Assembly (NCBI GenBank): GCA_038087875.1
Contig: CM075989.1
Coordinates: forward strand, 20,958,001-21,022,000
Length of the DNA: 64,000 nt
Source: Malacoraja senta
Taxonomy: Eukaryota
Reading direction: 5' to 3'
Each line of letters begins with the position of its first letter. Position 1 is the first letter of the stretch. A model generated the notes under the pieces. The model was not told the DNA's origin. It worked only from the letters and a program-made list of their open reading frames with translations, and did not search any database. Positions 61,891-64,000 of this stretch are shown here, piece after piece. The position numbers and the translations under genes are program-made.

Positions 61891-62184
61891 TCAAGGAATA
61901 GCCATGAGTCAACTGCCAGCCCACCAGCCGTGAGTGAATGAGCAGCCAGCACAACAGGCTTGAGTGACTGAGCCGCCAGCCCAATAATCCATTCGGTCCA
62001 CAATGTCCATACTAGCCTTCTGGAAACCAGTCCCATCAGCCCACAACACCCATACTAGCGCTCCAGAAAGCCTCCCCCCCCCCCACTGGCCACCAATATT
62101 GGAATTGGTGGAGAGGTGGAATATTGCGTTGGGGAACCAGACTTCCCGTGTGATGCTGGGAACCAACGGGTCCCACAGTCTAGT

Positions 62185-62570
62185 AACATATAAAATTCTT
62201 AAGGGATTGGACAGGCTAGATGCAGGGAAAATTGTTCCTGATGTTGGGGGGGTCCAGAACCAGGGGGTCAGTCACAGTTTAAGAATAAAGGGTAGGCCAT
62301 TTACAACTGAGATGAGGAAATACTTTTCCACCCAGAGAATTGTGAATCTGTGGAATTATCTGCCACAGAAGGCAGTGGGGGCCAATTCACTGGATGTTTT
62401 CAAGAGAGAGTTTGATATAGCTCTTGGGGCTAACGGAATCAAGGAATATTGGGAGAAAGCTAGAACGGGGTACTGACTTTGGATGATCAGCCATGATCAT
62501 ATTGAATGGTGGTGCTGGCTTGAAGTTACGAATGGCCTACTCCTGCACCTAGTTTCTATGTTTCTATGTT
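62185..62570 (+). mobile_element. CR1 3' end fragment (continues 60335-60393)
   Basis: TYKILKGLDRLDAG...TQRIVNLWNYLP and (TTTCTATG)n tail. Confidence 0.88.
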
Positions 62571-63149
62571 CAGTGTTAACGCAATGAAGTTATTTTCCTT
62601 ACAAGCAGTCCTGTGGAGAATCATCATACCCCTAATCCCCAATCAGTAAGTGTACAGGAATAATCTACTGAGCCACATACAGTAGGCCTCATGTTTTTGA
62701 CGCCATGTTTAACATCCACTATCCAGTGATGGATTGGAGAGAGTGCAGAAGGGGTTAACCAGAATCCTGCCTGGATTACAGGGTATTAACTACAAGGAGA
62801 AGCTGGACAAACATGGATTGTTTTCTCCAGAGAGTCAGATGTTGAGGGAGAGATCTGAGAGCAGTATATAAAATCACGGGAGGCACAGATAGGGTAGACA
62901 TTCAGAACCTTCTCCCAAGGTGGAAAGTTCAAAGACTGGAGGGCATAGCTTTAAGATGTCTTTGGTTGCAGCTAAAATACAGAGGTTGAAAGTTCAAAGA
63001 TAGTGGGGAAAAAACAGAATGCCAAAGAACTGCAGGCATCAGGATGACAGACAATAGCTAGCATGGGGAGCTCTGCACTTTCAGATTGGAATCCTCTTCA
63101 GTGGCAATCCATCAGTAGAGTGTGGATGTTAAACATGGCGTCCACACAA

Positions 63150-63332
63150 GGCTAATTAACTTACAACCCACACGTCTTTGGGATATGTGAGAAAACCAGA
63201 GCTCTTGGAGGAAACCCATGTGGTCACAGGAGGGGTCATGCAAACTCCACACTGGCAGCTCCCGAGATCAGGATCGAACCTGGTCCTCCGGCACTGTGAG
63301 GCAGTAGTTCTACCAACTGCGCCACTGTGCCA
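63150..63332 (-). mobile_element. Diverged HE1-like SINE 5' part
   Basis: Head and central box only. Confidence 0.7.
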
Positions 63333-64000
63333 CTTCTATATTACTCCTGCATTCTTCTTCGATCATCTAAGCTTCCTGAAATCCCATCTCCTTGATTAAG
63401 CTTTCAATCATCTTAGAACAATCTTTCTACATTAACAGCACAACATGCGATCAGCATAATTTATATCTCAGTCCTTATGACATTAATATTAAATCAGCTT
63501 AAAAAGGTACACAGCTATTGCTTTACAATAGTCACAGATTAAAAAAACACAATTTTGTTTCTGCATCATAATCATCGAACACCGAATCTCTCATGACTGT
63601 GCGACTCCCTCCTTGTCTATCACTAGTTGTGCATCATCTTCTCACCTCTGGTATTTAAACATGATAATATGGCAGTGGAAATAAAATGGATCTAATTTAG
63701 ATGTTGGTATGACTGAACAAATTGGATCATCAAAACCATGTGAAGGTCTTTGAGTTTACACTCCTGTGGATAAAATTGACTCTCCAATTAAATGGTTGAT
63801 TCCAAACCTTTACCAAAATGTGACCATTGACTTACCTGAAGATTGGGAAAAAATGCAGAGATCACTAATTGCTATTTGATCCCATGAAGGTAATTTGCTG
63901 ATGTAAGGACTTGCAAAACGTCACCTATTCCTTTCCTCCAGACCCGCTGAGTTACTCCAGCATTTTGTGTCTGTCTTCGGTGTAAACCAGCATCCTTCTT

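Larger units (their letters stand above)
60394..62183 (+). mobile_element. Non-autonomous Helitron-like element nested in a CR1 fragment
   Basis: 3' hairpin TGGGAACC/GGGTCCCA (62157-62175), then terminal CTAG followed by T. 5' end CTATATTACTAAAAG. No TSD or TIR. CR1 sequence is interrupted at ~60393 and resumes at ~62185. Confidence 0.65.

Overview
Eukaryotic, vertebrate, repeat-dominated non-coding DNA (intergenic or a long intron). Most likely a cartilaginous fish (skate, ray or shark), inferred from about 20 copies of an HE1-like tRNA-derived V-SINE and CR1/HER1-type LINEs. I cannot identify a host protein-coding gene, rRNA, true tRNA gene or CRISPR array. Nearly all long ORFs belong to transposons. 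Main contents: (1) a full-length, nearly intact CR1 LINE (23777-28402; zinc-finger/SGNH-esterase ORF1, endonuclease-RT ORF2) inserted into a Gypsy integrase gene and flanked by a perfect 164-bp target-site duplication; (2) two decayed Mag-like Gypsy LTR retrotransposons in convergent orientation; (3) a decayed DIRS1-like element whose ORF1 region holds a 54-bp array with a conserved hairpin core; (4) a Helitron-like non-autonomous element with a duplicated promoter-like module and three minisatellites; (5) Penelope fragments with hammerhead-ribozyme-like cores and fold-back derivatives; (6) L2, Rex1/Babar-like and CR1 fragments, two PIF/Harbinger MITEs, a collapsed LTR element and an AFC/CORE-like SINE. 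Weak splice-signal candidates on the minus strand suggest the window may lie in a long intron. Family names come from recognised motifs, not database searches. Boundaries of decayed repeats are approximate.
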